In this document: one piece after another, positions 18,452 through 28,821 of the stretch | Layout: every line of letters starts with the position of its first letter | How positions within the stretch are numbered: position 1 is the stretch's first letter | Notes under the pieces: model-generated | Database searches by the model: none | What the model was told of the DNA's origin: nothing | What the model saw: only the letters and a program-made list of their open reading frames with translations | Program-made: the position numbers and the translations under genes | Origin: Chloroflexota bacterium | Lineage (GTDB): Bacteria; Chloroflexota; Dehalococcoidia; Lucifugimonadales; UBA3495 | Direction of reading: 5' to 3' | Length of the DNA stretch: 64,000 bases | Assembly (NCBI GenBank): GCA_027623815.1 | Contig: JAQBUV010000001.1 | Coordinates: forward strand, 3,295-67,294

Positions 18452-19279
18452 ATGGATCTGTCCCAGCATCCCCTGACCGAAAGCCTCAATGCGGCTGGAT
18501 CACTGGACCCTTACTTGAACCTGCCAGCGTGTGACCCCAGTCAAGACGGTTGGAGTGCCGCCACGGACCTATTTCTTGGCGGAAATGCCCGCTTGAAAGA
18601 GCAGGTAATGAGCTATGGGTATGCAAGTTGGGGAACCACCAATAACCACGTCGCTGGCTCATCCTTCATCATTGCTTACCTGACCCGCGTCATCTACCCG
18701 GTCATTGGCCAGTATGTGCTACGCCGGAGAGTCCCCAAGGCGACGCTTGCAAATATAGCCTTCCACCGTCTGGGGGAGCGCATTGACGGGACAGGACTGA
18801 GGCAATCCCAGTTTGCCGCCTTGCCGGATGACCCGGCCGCCGGTCATCCCGACGCTGAAGTCCTGTGCGACGAGCAGCACCTCTACCTGAGATTAAAGGA
18901 GTGGATTTTTGAGGCCAACCTGGAAATCGTAATTGAAACTCTACATCGCGCGGTACCTGCCAGCCCGAAAGTCTCCCGAAACGCCGTGGCGGCAGCCTGC
19001 GCCCAGGCTTTCCATCGGCTCTTTTACCTGGTGGAGGATAAAAGTTCTTTGATCCGGGATGCCAATACCTTCTGCCAGGACTCGTCCTCACCGCTCTACG
19101 GACAGGTCAGCATGGAAGTCATTGAACATCAGGGGAAAGCCGGACTCTTCGCTAGACGCGCCGGATGCTGTCTGATTTGGCGCACTGAGGAGAGTGATGG
19201 CTATTGTTCCAATTGTATTCTCCGGCCAAGAGAGGAGCAGACTCAGCGATTCCAGGAGATGCTGGCGGGATTGGAATAG
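18452..19279 (+). CDS. FhuF-like (2Fe-2S) ferric-siderophore-reductase family protein
   Basis: 275 aa with the C-terminal cluster CCLIWRTEESDGYCSNC (a CC...CxxC pattern of FhuF type). The N-terminal region resembles the FhuF domain. Confidence 0.6.
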   Translation: MDLSQHPLTESLNAAGSLDPYLNLPACDPSQDGWSAATDLFLGGNARLKEQVMSYGYASWGTTNNHVAGSSFIIAYLTRVIYPVIGQYVLRRRVPKATLANIAFHRLGERIDGTGLRQSQFAALPDDPAAGHPDAEVLCDEQHLYLRLKEWIFEANLEIVIETLHRAVPASPKVSRNAVAAACAQAFHRLFYLVEDKSSLIRDANTFCQDSSSPLYGQVSMEVIEHQGKAGLFARRAGCCLIWRTEESDGYCSNCILRPREEQTQRFQEMLAGLE

Positions 19280-19454
19280 GGCCACAGCCAATGCTTAGAA
19301 CTCGTCGCCAAATAACACCGCACTTGGATTGCCGGTGAATGATTCTTGGCCAATACCTGATCCTGACAGGTAGACACATTGGAAATGCGGACTTATTCTC
19401 AGGTGACTTCTTAGGTTGTTCGGACTGTGACCCGAAAGGCAAATTAGACCCACA

Positions 19455-19483
19455 TTGACGGCGTTCCCCAGGGTTTGTATCAT
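19455..19483 (+). promoter_or_regulatory. candidate sigma70-type promoter
   Basis: TTGACG (19455-19460), a 17-nt spacer, then TATCAT (19478-19483), about 110 nt upstream of the 670-aa gene. Confidence 0.3.
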
Positions 19484-19593
19484 CGTCTTATCCACGGACG
19501 ATCCGGGGACGATCCGGTCTTTGGCTATTCTGGGGGTAACTCCAGTGGGATTTAGGAAGTCTCGAAAAACATAGCCGCCGCAGGAGAATTATC

Positions 19594-21606
19594 ATGACAA
19601 ACACCAAATTGATCGGGGTGCCTGTAGCCAACGCGGGTATAAAGAGCATCGTCATTGATCCAGACCGTTCGCAGTCGCCCACGTTTGGGGGATTGTCGTT
19701 CGGCCCCGTTGGCCAGTACGAGAAGCTCCGCGGCACAGCCTATGGCGAACTTGATCCCTCGGATCCTCGGAACGCGGTGATTACCGATATAGAACTGGCA
19801 CCGGTCAACGCTAATGGCATGGTCGAGTACTCGATGGATATCTTCATCCTCAAGCCAATCAACCTGATCAAGGGCAACCATCGGCTGCTCTTCGACTTCA
19901 ACAATCGGGGGCAAATGCGGGTGGGCAAACTCAACGATGCCCCCTCAACCAACGACCCAACCACGGCCACGGATGCCGGTACTCGATTCATCATGAATCT
20001 GGGCTACACCGTAGTCTCGAATGGGTGGGATTTTGGCGCGAGCGGCTTCGATTCAATGAAGATCACCGTTCCGGTAGCCACCAATGGCGGAGCGACCATC
20101 ACCGGGCCATCCTACGAATACATCGTCTTAGACAACAACAAGACCTTGACCAGCGAACTTGCCTACGCGGCCGCGACTACGGACAAGTCTCAGGCCACGC
20201 TCACCGTTCGAGCGCGCCTGGACGACGCGCCGACCACGGTGCCGATGACTGCTTGGGAGTACACGTCACCCGAGGGCACTGCTATAAGTTTGCTGCCGGC
20301 GGGCACTCCGTTCCAACAGAGCCACATCTATGAATTCACCTACATTGCGAAGAATCCGGTGGTGGCTGGCATCGGTTTAGCGGCGACGCGCGATTTCACG
20401 TCCTTTTTGAGGAATGCGACAGGCGCTGAAGGCAATCCCCTTGCTGACGATGTCCAGTACACTTTCAGCTACTCCATCTCCCAACCCTCCCGCGTTTTGA
20501 ACGACTTCCAGACCCTGGGCTTTAACGAGGACAAAAACGGCCAACCCGTCTTCGACGGAATACTGAGCCATACTGGCGGCGGCAGCGGCGATCAGATAAA
20601 TTATCGGTTTGGGCAAACCGACCGAACCGAACGCAACCGCCAGAACCACTTGTACCCGGAGGCTGTCTTCCCCTTCGCTCATCAGGTGTTGACCGATCAC
20701 CTGAGCGGCCAGACCGGCGGGCGCGGCGAACGCGGTATGGCTAGCAATACCAGTCCCAAGCGATTCGAGATCAATACTTCTAACGAGTATTGGTGCAAAG
20801 CCTGTTCATTGCTGCACACCGACACCCAGGGCAACGACCTGCCCGACCCGGAAAACGTTCGTTTTTACCTGCTGTCGGGCTTGTCCCACGCTGTGGGGGA
20901 TATAACCAACCGGAAGAAGGGGCAACAATTCACCAATGGAGTCAGCCCCGATATCGCCCATCGTGCGCTCCTGGTCGCCCTTGACCAGTGGGTGAGTCAG
21001 GGCGTCGCGCCGCCGCCAAGTAAGGTTCCCCGACGCGCCGACAACGGAGTGCTGGCGGTGCCACAGCCGGGTTCTCAGACCGGACACGTGCCGCAAGCTG
21101 AATTGGGCTGGCCCACCATTCCCGGTGTGACCTATAACGGGCTGATCACGACTCGATACTGTCTGGACTTTGGGCCGGATTTCGATAGCGGCATTCTGTC
21201 CAACTACCCGCCCTCGGTCGTCGGACGCCCCGCCTATCCTATATTCGTATCCAAGGTGGATGCAGACGGGAACGAAGTGGCTGGTATCCGCCTGCCGGAG
21301 GTCGAAGCGCCGGTCGCAACCACCACCGGATGGGCATTGCGCCGCGCTGGCTTCAGCGAGAACGAGGGCGGTGAATCCGACGGTCAGCACATACCGTTCC
21401 ACACCACCAAGGCAGAGCGCATCGCAGCGGGCGATCCGCGTCTCTCACTTGAGGAACGCTACCAAGATCACGATGGATACGTGAAAGCGGTAACGAAAGC
21501 GGCCCAGAAGCTGGGGAAGCAGCGGTTCCTTTTGCCTGAAGATGTTCAGCGGTATATCGAAGCGGCGCAGGCGAGTAACGTACTCAGGTCATCAATGTCA
21601 GCTTGA
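19594..21606 (+). CDS. large hypothetical protein, possibly alpha/beta-hydrolase-domain family
   Basis: 670 aa preceded by an AGGAG RBS. The N-terminal pattern GPVGQYEKLRGTAYGELDPSDPRNAVITDIELAP.NANGMVEYSMDIFILKP and the later FSYSISQPSR resemble long alpha/beta hydrolase domain-containing proteins. This assignment is from memory only. Confidence 0.45.
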   Translation: MTNTKLIGVPVANAGIKSIVIDPDRSQSPTFGGLSFGPVGQYEKLRGTAYGELDPSDPRNAVITDIELAPVNANGMVEYSMDIFILKPINLIKGNHRLLFDFNNRGQMRVGKLNDAPSTNDPTTATDAGTRFIMNLGYTVVSNGWDFGASGFDSMKITVPVATNGGATITGPSYEYIVLDNNKTLTSELAYAAATTDKSQATLTVRARLDDAPTTVPMTAWEYTSPEGTAISLLPAGTPFQQSHIYEFTYIAKNPVVAGIGLAATRDFTSFLRNATGAEGNPLADDVQYTFSYSISQPSRVLNDFQTLGFNEDKNGQPVFDGILSHTGGGSGDQINYRFGQTDRTERNRQNHLYPEAVFPFAHQVLTDHLSGQTGGRGERGMASNTSPKRFEINTSNEYWCKACSLLHTDTQGNDLPDPENVRFYLLSGLSHAVGDITNRKKGQQFTNGVSPDIAHRALLVALDQWVSQGVAPPPSKVPRRADNGVLAVPQPGSQTGHVPQAELGWPTIPGVTYNGLITTRYCLDFGPDFDSGILSNYPPSVVGRPAYPIFVSKVDADGNEVAGIRLPEVEAPVATTTGWALRRAGFSENEGGESDGQHIPFHTTKAERIAAGDPRLSLEERYQDHDGYVKAVTKAAQKLGKQRFLLPEDVQRYIEAAQASNVLRSSMSA

Positions 21607-21779
21607 TTAGCAAATCCGCAGGGCAAAGAGATCAACTTCATCTGGGAAACGTTGAATAATTAACGGCAGGAGCCAGCGCGTTGCTAGCCGCGACCGGAAC
21701 CGGTGGCGGCTAGCCCAAGCCTAAGGCTAGCCGAACGGCCAACGGGTCAAAGACGTTACCGCTCACCTCTTGGCGCATT

Positions 21780-21922
21780 TAGTGGTTCGATTTGGCTCTC
21801 GTCATTCCGGCGCAAGCCGAAAGCCATTTAGAGCATATCAATCGCCCTGTTATCTGGACACCGGCCTTCGCAGGTGGGACGAATAGATTCCAATTCCTGA
21901 CCCAGGAAACAGAACCACTACC
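21780..21922 (+). repeat. family-A MITE-like element, copy 3
   Basis: The sequence TAGTGGTTCGATTTGG...GTCATTCCGGCGCAAGCCGAAAGCC...ATCTGGACACCGGCCTTCGCAGGTGGGACGAATAG...CAGAACCACTACC is collinear with copy 1. Confidence 0.8.
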
Positions 21923-21977
21923 CCGGCTCAGACAATCTCGCACTGGGGGTCATGAACAGACGGTGTTCGGCCAGCGC

Positions 21978-22529
21978 CTAGGAACCGACTGAGCGCAGGT
22001 CACTGGCAAACTCTCCTCGGACTTTATCTACCTTGGGGCGTATCACAACCTGACAATACATCGCGGCGGGATTGTTCAGATAATACTGTTTGTGATCGTC
22101 CTCAGCCATGTAAAATCTCTCCAGTTTGGCGACTTCGGTGACGATGGCACTGCCTTTGGAGCCGGAACTGTCAAGTTCCTTAATAATGGCCTCGGCTTGT
22201 TTTTTCTGATCTTCATTGGTGTAGAGAATAATCGAGCGATAGCTGGTTCCACGATCAGCCCCCTGGCGATTCAGCGTGGTTGGATCATGAGTCGCGAAGA
22301 ATACCTCAAGGAGACGGTTATAGGTAATTTGGTCCGGGTCGAACCGGATTTCGATTACCTCTGCATGACCGGTATGTTCGGCGCACACCTGTCGATAGGT
22401 AGGATTTTCAGTGTGACCTCCTGCATAGCCCGGATTCACCGCCTGCACACCTTTTAGTTCGGAAAAGACGGCTTCGGTGCACCAGAAACAGCCTCCTCCA
22501 AAAACCGCAATCTCTTCTTTCATTTCCAT
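21978..22529 (-). CDS. msrA: peptide-methionine (S)-S-oxide reductase
   Basis: 183 aa with the GGGCFWCTEAVF active-site motif and GHAEVI. Confidence 0.95.
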   Translation of the reverse strand: MEMKEEIAVFGGGCFWCTEAVFSELKGVQAVNPGYAGGHTENPTYRQVCAEHTGHAEVIEIRFDPDQITYNRLLEVFFATHDPTTLNRQGADRGTSYRSIILYTNEDQKKQAEAIIKELDSSGSKGSAIVTEVAKLERFYMAEDDHKQYYLNNPAAMYCQVVIRPKVDKVRGEFASDLRSVGS

Positions 22530-22554
22530 AATTCTTTCTTCACCTACTTTCTGC

Positions 22555-22992
22555 TTATGCGATGGCTTCGGCTAGGAAGACCGGTATCACGCGCTCGGTT
22601 TTGTCTTGGTAATCCTGATAAGGGGGGTAGGCATCTACTGCAATTGCCCAGAGTCGTTGCCTTTCGGCTGAATCTACTACCTCGCGAACCTGCATTGAAT
22701 ACACTTCGGCCTTGTCGCGAATTTCAACATTCGGATCAGCCTTTAAATTGTGATACCAAAGCGGATGCTTGGGTGCTCCACCCTGCGATGCCACCAGGAT
22801 ATAGCTATTGCCATCCACTGCCCTCATTAGCGGAGTCTTACGAACCGCTCCGGTCTTCCGCCCTCGATTAGTCACTATGATGACCGGGAGGCCGGTGTCC
22901 CTCAAGGTTAAGCCGTCGGTCCCTTCGCTCCCCTCGTATCGTTCAACTTGCTCTGCCACCCATTCCCTGGGGCTTGGTATGTATTCGATCAT
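22555..22992 (-). CDS. deazaflavin(F420)-dependent nitroreductase-family (DDN/PNPOx-like) protein
   Basis: Trimmed to the ATG at 22992, preceded by GGAGGTG. Motifs include GRKTGAVRKTPLM and GGAPKHPLWYHNLKADPNVEI. Confidence 0.75.
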   Translation of the reverse strand: MIEYIPSPREWVAEQVERYEGSEGTDGLTLRDTGLPVIIVTNRGRKTGAVRKTPLMRAVDGNSYILVASQGGAPKHPLWYHNLKADPNVEIRDKAEVYSMQVREVVDSAERQRLWAIAVDAYPPYQDYQDKTERVIPVFLAEAIA

Positions 22993-23419
22993 GATCACCT
23001 CCAGAAGATTTCGCTTGCGTAGAGTGAAACTATTATACATAGCCTCTGAGCACCGGACAGTGGCCGCTGCACCAATTTCTAGAATATACCCGATGAGGTT
23101 TACATGCTCGTAGACAATGATTACCGTGGTTTACTTCAAGACTACCAGGCTTTACTAACCAATTGGCCGTTTCACTCTTGCGTCTCGATCTTCTGCGAGA
23201 ATTCCTTTCCCCCTATCAGGTTACTATCAAGCAACCCTCGAACTATGAACCCCCATCTTCAGGGCGTCAACGACCATCAAATTCCATCTCGGGGTCTATT
23301 AATTGTTGGACAACTGGTGCACAATCTGGATATGGTAGTAGCGATCTCAAATCTAGGCCCTGCTGCGGAAAGCCTTTAGGCCGGTGCCCAACTTTTCTCC
23401 AACAGTACGAAGTCGTATC

Positions 23420-24634
23420 ATGGTTAGCACATCCCGGCCAGATGGCGAGGAGCGCCGTACGGAGCGCTACGATGTAGTGATCGTCGGCGCTGGGGCGGCC
23501 GGCTTGATGTGCGCCGTGGAGGCCGGAAAGCGGGGGCGGCGAGTCCTGGTTCTGGAGCACGCCGACCGGGTTGCCAAGAAAATTCTGATCTCCGGAGGCG
23601 GACGCTGCAATTTTACCAATTTGTCGGCCACCCCCGACGACTATCAGTCCCTGAATCCGTTTTTTTGCATCTCCGCCCTGACTCGGTATGCACCCCAGGA
23701 TATCATCGACTTGGTGGAAAAACACCGCATCCCCTACCATGAGAAGAAACTGGGTCAACTCTTCTGCGACGGTTCCTCTCGGGAGATAGTCCGCATGCTG
23801 CTGGCGGAATGCGAATCGGTTGGCGTAAGCATTCGACCCAAGTGTAAAGTCACCGGCATCCACCGGAATAATGGATACCTGACCAGTACCGACCTGGGAG
23901 TAGTTGCCTCCGACTCGCTGGTCATGGCCACCGGAGGGCCATCAATTCCGCAGATGGGAGCGACCCGGTTTTCCCATGAGGTCGCTAGTCAGTTCGGACT
24001 GAAGGTCACGCCAGTGCGACCCGGCCTGGTACCCTTAACGTTTAGCGGGGCCGCTCTAGAGTTCTGCCAACGCCTGGCCGGACTGTCCATCCCCTCTAAT
24101 GTTGGTTGCAATGGCGTCAGCTTTGCAGAGAATCTGCTCTTCGCTCACCACGGTATCAGCGGCCCGGCAATTCTTCAGATTTCCTCCTATTGGACGGAGG
24201 GCGAATCGATTCGGGTGGATCTGCTTCCAGGCTTCGACTTGGCGGCCCACCTCAAGGAACAGCAGGTGTCCAGACCAAGAGCGGAACTGGCGACTATTCT
24301 CTCGGCATTGCTGCCCAGAAACTTCGTCAGGGCTATGTGCGAGACATCCCTGCCGAACCGGCCGATCAGCGGACTATCAATCAAGGACCTGGACTCTGTT
24401 GTGGAGACGTTGAAGGCCTGGACTCTCACCCCATCCGGTACTGAGGGCTATCGCAAAGCGGAGGTCACGTTGGGCGGTGTCGACACAACCGACCTTTCAT
24501 CCAAGACGATGGAGGCTGTGAAGGTACCCGGCCTGTTCTTCATCGGCGAAGCGGCGGACGTGACCGGGCCTCTGGGCGGCTATAACTTCCAGTGGGCCTG
24601 GGCATCCGGATTTTGCGCCGGGCAGTACGTGTAG
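23420..24634 (+). CDS. HI0933/BaiN-like FAD-dependent oxidoreductase
   Basis: YDVVIVGAGAAGLMCAVEAGKRG followed by ISGGGRCNFTN, and C-terminal GGYNFQWAWASG. The start is uncertain (GTG 23384 or ATG 23420). Confidence 0.85.
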   Translation: MVSTSRPDGEERRTERYDVVIVGAGAAGLMCAVEAGKRGRRVLVLEHADRVAKKILISGGGRCNFTNLSATPDDYQSLNPFFCISALTRYAPQDIIDLVEKHRIPYHEKKLGQLFCDGSSREIVRMLLAECESVGVSIRPKCKVTGIHRNNGYLTSTDLGVVASDSLVMATGGPSIPQMGATRFSHEVASQFGLKVTPVRPGLVPLTFSGAALEFCQRLAGLSIPSNVGCNGVSFAENLLFAHHGISGPAILQISSYWTEGESIRVDLLPGFDLAAHLKEQQVSRPRAELATILSALLPRNFVRAMCETSLPNRPISGLSIKDLDSVVETLKAWTLTPSGTEGYRKAEVTLGGVDTTDLSSKTMEAVKVPGLFFIGEAADVTGPLGGYNFQWAWASGFCAGQYV

Positions 24635-24736
24635 CAACATTCATTTATGGGGGAGCCGTGCTTTGCCGGGTAAGGGCAGAACCAGGTGTCTGCTCAGGTA
24701 CGCCCCAAAATCAAGATGGCCATTCACGGTCGCAAA

Positions 24737-26143
24737 TTAGTTGAACTGATATTCCTGGGTGGAGACGATTAGCTGGAGCATCTGCCCCACCGACTGCGCA
24801 AATTCTTCGGTGCCAGTTTTTAGCGCGGCAGAAGTTTGAGCGTGATTCAACAGCAGTGTGTAAGTCTCCCCAGCTAGTTGATATCCACCCAGCAGCTCCA
24901 AGCATCCATCCAGCAAACGCTCCGCCGAGATGGTTGGAGCATCGGCGCCCAGCCGGTCAATAATCGCCTGAATGCCTGGAGAGTGGATACGCGCCATCTC
25001 GCCAGCGGTGAAGTTCACTCGTTCCACCAATGTCCCGCTATCAATCCATTCTTTGCCGGTATGCCAGCCCTCCACCGTCGGTGGGTTCAGCAAATCTTGC
25101 CCCATATACATGATCTCCAAGGCAGCGTCGTAAAAACGAGGCTTGGGCTGATTGAAATCCCCCACCAAACGCAGTGTGCCGCATACCACTTCTGACGGAC
25201 TCTTGATCTTGGCGAAGCGGGCATTCTTGAATGAGTCGGAATTAAACAACAGCCGCAATAGCGAGCGGATTTCGTAGCCTGACCGAAAGTACTCGTCCTC
25301 CAACGCTTTGATCAGCTCCGGGTCTCGGGGAGGCGTAGTCTGCCATGCCGGTACCTGAGGCTCGTCGGCCACAAAGAAGTTGTACAGGTGCCGGGCGATG
25401 AACCGGGCAGTCGCCGGCTGTTTGGCAATGATTTTGACCATGTCCTGTCCATTGAAGTTGCCGGTCTCTCCGAGGAAAGTTTTTTCTTCGTCAATGTGAT
25501 CGAATTTGTTGTAGAGGAACTGGTTGTCGTACATCCCGTAAGGGTATCTGGGAATCGCGTTGGCGATGGTCCAACCGGTGAACGACTGCGCACAGGCTTT
25601 CACGTCGTCCTCGGTGTAGTTGGCGTGGCCATCCATGCCAACGCCCATCGAGAAAAGCTCCAGCAATTCGCGGCCCCAGTTTTCGTTGACGGCATCCTTG
25701 TGGCTAAGCTGATTGTCCAGGTAGTAAAGCATGGCAGGATCAGTGGCCAGGTGCATCAGCAGTTCGTCGAATTTGCCGAAGCCGTGGGCCCGAAAATTGT
25801 TCAATTGGTTCAGTATGTTTCTGGGAGCCATGCACTTGGAGTCGCCAACGCAGAAAATCCCATGCCAGAATAGACACAGTTTCTCTTCCAATTGCCGCCG
25901 CGAGTTCACCATGCGGTAGGTCCAATACCCTTTATTGGCCATGAGATATTCCATATCCCGCCAGCCGTGCATGTACCGTTGCATTACGTCCATCGGCAAA
26001 TCCGGCTGCTCTTCCGGATGGAGCAACTCTTCGACAGTGGCTTCGTACCCCTTGGCCGCTCTGCGCTCCAACTCTTCGTTAGATGAACCGAACCCGGCTC
26101 GCCGCATCAGATGAGCCATTAACGAAATGTCGTTCTCTACCAT
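24737..26143 (-). CDS. DUF1800 family protein
   Basis: 468 aa with the sequences HLMRRAGFG and LFWHGIF. No DUF1501 partner lies adjacent. Confidence 0.65.
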   Translation of the reverse strand: MVENDISLMAHLMRRAGFGSSNEELERRAAKGYEATVEELLHPEEQPDLPMDVMQRYMHGWRDMEYLMANKGYWTYRMVNSRRQLEEKLCLFWHGIFCVGDSKCMAPRNILNQLNNFRAHGFGKFDELLMHLATDPAMLYYLDNQLSHKDAVNENWGRELLELFSMGVGMDGHANYTEDDVKACAQSFTGWTIANAIPRYPYGMYDNQFLYNKFDHIDEEKTFLGETGNFNGQDMVKIIAKQPATARFIARHLYNFFVADEPQVPAWQTTPPRDPELIKALEDEYFRSGYEIRSLLRLLFNSDSFKNARFAKIKSPSEVVCGTLRLVGDFNQPKPRFYDAALEIMYMGQDLLNPPTVEGWHTGKEWIDSGTLVERVNFTAGEMARIHSPGIQAIIDRLGADAPTISAERLLDGCLELLGGYQLAGETYTLLLNHAQTSAALKTGTEEFAQSVGQMLQLIVSTQEYQFN

Positions 26144-26279
26144 GCCTTCTTCTCACATCCTCCTGGAGTTGCACAATTACGACTCCGCGACCGCCTCAGT
26201 ACACCACCAGCCTAATGCCATTGAAAGCAGACTGCTAGTGGCATTAGGCTGGTGGCAGATGCCTCGCTTGAATTATAAA

Positions 26280-27179
26280 CTATCCTTTGCGAACGTACTT
26301 GTCCACGCCGACGCCATCGGGCACGCCCACGTATATGTCTCCATGAGCATCAATCCAACTGCCATGACCGCCACGGATCACCCACCGGGCCAACAATTCG
26401 CCACCCTTGTTCATCAGACTGATTCGCGATTCAGTATTTTCCGTGTGGCCTTGTCGGGCATCATTGCCGCCCTCGCTAATGCAGAAAACACCGTCGGGAC
26501 TCTGGGATATGTCCATAGGCCGCAGCAAGTCGGTCCACATGTTTTGATATTCGCCATCGGCGTTGAATATCTGGACGCGATTGTTCTCCCGGTCACACAC
26601 ATACAGCAGACCATCATCGCCTACGATCATGCTGTGCACCAGGTGGAATTCGTTGGGCCCGCCTTTGCCAGGCTGTCCCCAGGAAGACTTGAGGTGGCCA
26701 TCAGCGGCAAAGCGATGTACCCGAGCGTTACGGTAGCCGTCGGCCACGTACATATCGCCGGAAGGCGAAGGAACAAGTTCTGCCGGATAGTTAAAGGGGC
26801 CGGCAGCCCGAGGGCACAAATCGCCGGGTTTTTCACAGCCGGTGTCTGAGTGCACCCCCCGGTCTCCCAATACCTGAAGGGGTTTTCCATCCAGGGTATA
26901 CCTTAAACAGACCGAATCTTCTCGATCAGTGATGTATACGATGTCGTCCTTGATGAATATGCCGTGGGGGTTGCTGATCGCGTTCAAGCCCCAAGAACCA
27001 AGATATTTGCCCTGCCGGTCAAAAATTACGATGGGCGGCTCGGCGCGCTGGAAGGCGTATACCCGGTCCTGCGAGTCGGTGGCGACGGCGCTGACCATGC
27101 CAAAGGTCTCTCCGGCGGGTAATTTGGCCCAACTCTCTATCAATTCATAAGTATATTTTCCGGTTCCAACTGTAGTCAT
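26280..27179 (-). CDS. six-bladed NHL propeller, peptidyl-alpha-hydroxyglycine amidating lyase (PAL)-like
   Basis: 299 aa with FNYPAELVPSPSGDMYVADGYRNARVHRF, comparable to the PAL core DGYCNSRI. It is a paralog of 46022-46900. Confidence 0.65.
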   Translation of the reverse strand: MTTVGTGKYTYELIESWAKLPAGETFGMVSAVATDSQDRVYAFQRAEPPIVIFDRQGKYLGSWGLNAISNPHGIFIKDDIVYITDREDSVCLRYTLDGKPLQVLGDRGVHSDTGCEKPGDLCPRAAGPFNYPAELVPSPSGDMYVADGYRNARVHRFAADGHLKSSWGQPGKGGPNEFHLVHSMIVGDDGLLYVCDRENNRVQIFNADGEYQNMWTDLLRPMDISQSPDGVFCISEGGNDARQGHTENTESRISLMNKGGELLARWVIRGGHGSWIDAHGDIYVGVPDGVGVDKYVRKG

Positions 27180-27373
27180 GTGTGCTTACCTCTACAAAAC
27201 GTTTTCTGCCAACTTTCCAGCTTTAATGATATGTAACTTGAGACATCCGTGAACAACCTTGCAAACCCTAACCAACGGCGAGTTGGAGATGGGCAGACAG
27301 TACCACCCGGCTAGGAACCTTGTCAATTGTGAAACGACACTACCAAGATCGCGACGGGGTGCATGAGGCCGCG

Positions 27374-28312
27374 CTAAACTGCGGCAGTCAGCCTGGGCGA
27401 AAATATGTCTTCCAAATCGAATGGGCGCGGTATGATCCCCTGCTGGACGTTGAACTTCATCATTGCTTCCAAAGTTTTGCGGTTGGCTTCAATGCCGTAG
27501 GGGATGGGGTCTGCGCCAATTATATTTTTCATTCGGCACATGGCCTGATCCGATGGATCCAGATTATCGGTGGCATTCAAGTGTCGCAGGTATTGATCCT
27601 TGCCCGCCTTGAACAGATTGTACAGGTCGTCGGCCAGCCAGGGATGGCGTTCCAGAAGCTCGTTCTTGACCACCACGGCATGGCTTATGGGATAGATGCC
27701 GGTTTTTACGAAATAATCTTGGCCTGCTTCCTGCGCGTTGGGAATTAGGGGTTGGATGTCGGGGGAGTCTACGTTTCCCACGCGGATGGCCGCGTCAATC
27801 TCACCAGACAGCAGATCAGCAACCATATCACTACCCTGGGGAGCGGGAATTACATTGGCGGGGGCTTGAAATTCGGCTACGTGCTCATCACCATATAAGA
27901 CCCAGGTTACCTGGCTGGAATCGACTCCGTAGGAGTCGCTGAGAATCCCTCTAGCCCACACGCCTGGCGTAAAGGTGTAGCTACGGAGGCCAACCCTTCG
28001 CCCCTTCAGGTCAGACGGCGACTTGATTCCAGACTTGGCGTTATAGGAAATCTCGTCGTGTTCAAAACGCCGCAGCACGAACGCGGGCAGGGCGGTAATG
28101 GGCTTGTGGTGGGCCAAAGCGCACAGGTAAGTGGACATGGCCATCTCGGACACATCATATTCCAATCCGCGCACCATTCTACGAAAAGCGGTGGGAATTG
28201 GAGAGACCGGGACATGCACGATATTGTACTGGTCGGATTTTACGGTGCCCTCAATCAATGGCTTGGTATGTCCGTAACTAACCATTGCTGTTTGCAAATT
28301 GAGGTCTGCCAT
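27374..28312 (-). CDS. NMT1/THI5-like SBP-fold protein (4,5-dihydroxyphthalate decarboxylase-like)
   Basis: 312 aa with no signal peptide. The N-terminus is MADLNLQTAMVSYGHTKPLIEGTVKSD and it contains FRRMVRGLEYDVSEMAMSTY. Confidence 0.55.
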   Translation of the reverse strand: MADLNLQTAMVSYGHTKPLIEGTVKSDQYNIVHVPVSPIPTAFRRMVRGLEYDVSEMAMSTYLCALAHHKPITALPAFVLRRFEHDEISYNAKSGIKSPSDLKGRRVGLRSYTFTPGVWARGILSDSYGVDSSQVTWVLYGDEHVAEFQAPANVIPAPQGSDMVADLLSGEIDAAIRVGNVDSPDIQPLIPNAQEAGQDYFVKTGIYPISHAVVVKNELLERHPWLADDLYNLFKAGKDQYLRHLNATDNLDPSDQAMCRMKNIIGADPIPYGIEANRKTLEAMMKFNVQQGIIPRPFDLEDIFSPRLTAAV

Positions 28313-28364
28313 AGAATACCCTCCTCAGAGTATGGGCCAGGTTAAATTTGCCGCACTTGGCACT

Positions 28365-28754
28365 TCATTTTTTCTCTTCGGGCACAAATTTCATCGATAG
28401 GGAGTTCACGCAATGTCGGGCGTTAGTCGCGGTAAATCCTTCTCCAAAAAACACATGGCCCAGATGTCCGCCGCAGTTGGCGCACTCAATCTCGGTCCGC
28501 GAACCGTCGGGGTCAGGCAAGTGCTTGACGGCTCCCGGTTTCTCCTGATCGAACGCCGGCCACCCGCAACGAGCCTCGAACTTGTCCTTCGACTCGTAGA
28601 GGTCGGCGTTGCAACGGCGGCAGGTAAAGACCCCTGGCTCGAAAAAGTCGTCGTACTCTCCGGAGAAGGGCGGTTCAGTTCCCTTATTTTCGATTACATG
28701 CCGCTCGGCGGCAGAAAGCGGATTATATCTTGATTGTTCCATATTCAGTGTCAC
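28365..28754 (-). CDS. msrB: peptide-methionine (R)-S-oxide reductase
   Basis: 129 aa with two CxxC zinc pairs (CRRC, CANC), GWPAF, GHLGHVF and the catalytic RHCVNS. Confidence 0.95.
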   Translation of the reverse strand: MTLNMEQSRYNPLSAAERHVIENKGTEPPFSGEYDDFFEPGVFTCRRCNADLYESKDKFEARCGWPAFDQEKPGAVKHLPDPDGSRTEIECANCGGHLGHVFFGEGFTATNARHCVNSLSMKFVPEEKK

Positions 28755-28821
28755 CTCGCGTTGTGGCGCTATATAAATGCTATCTGATTAATACTGCCGC
28801 GTCTAACACCCACGGATTCGT

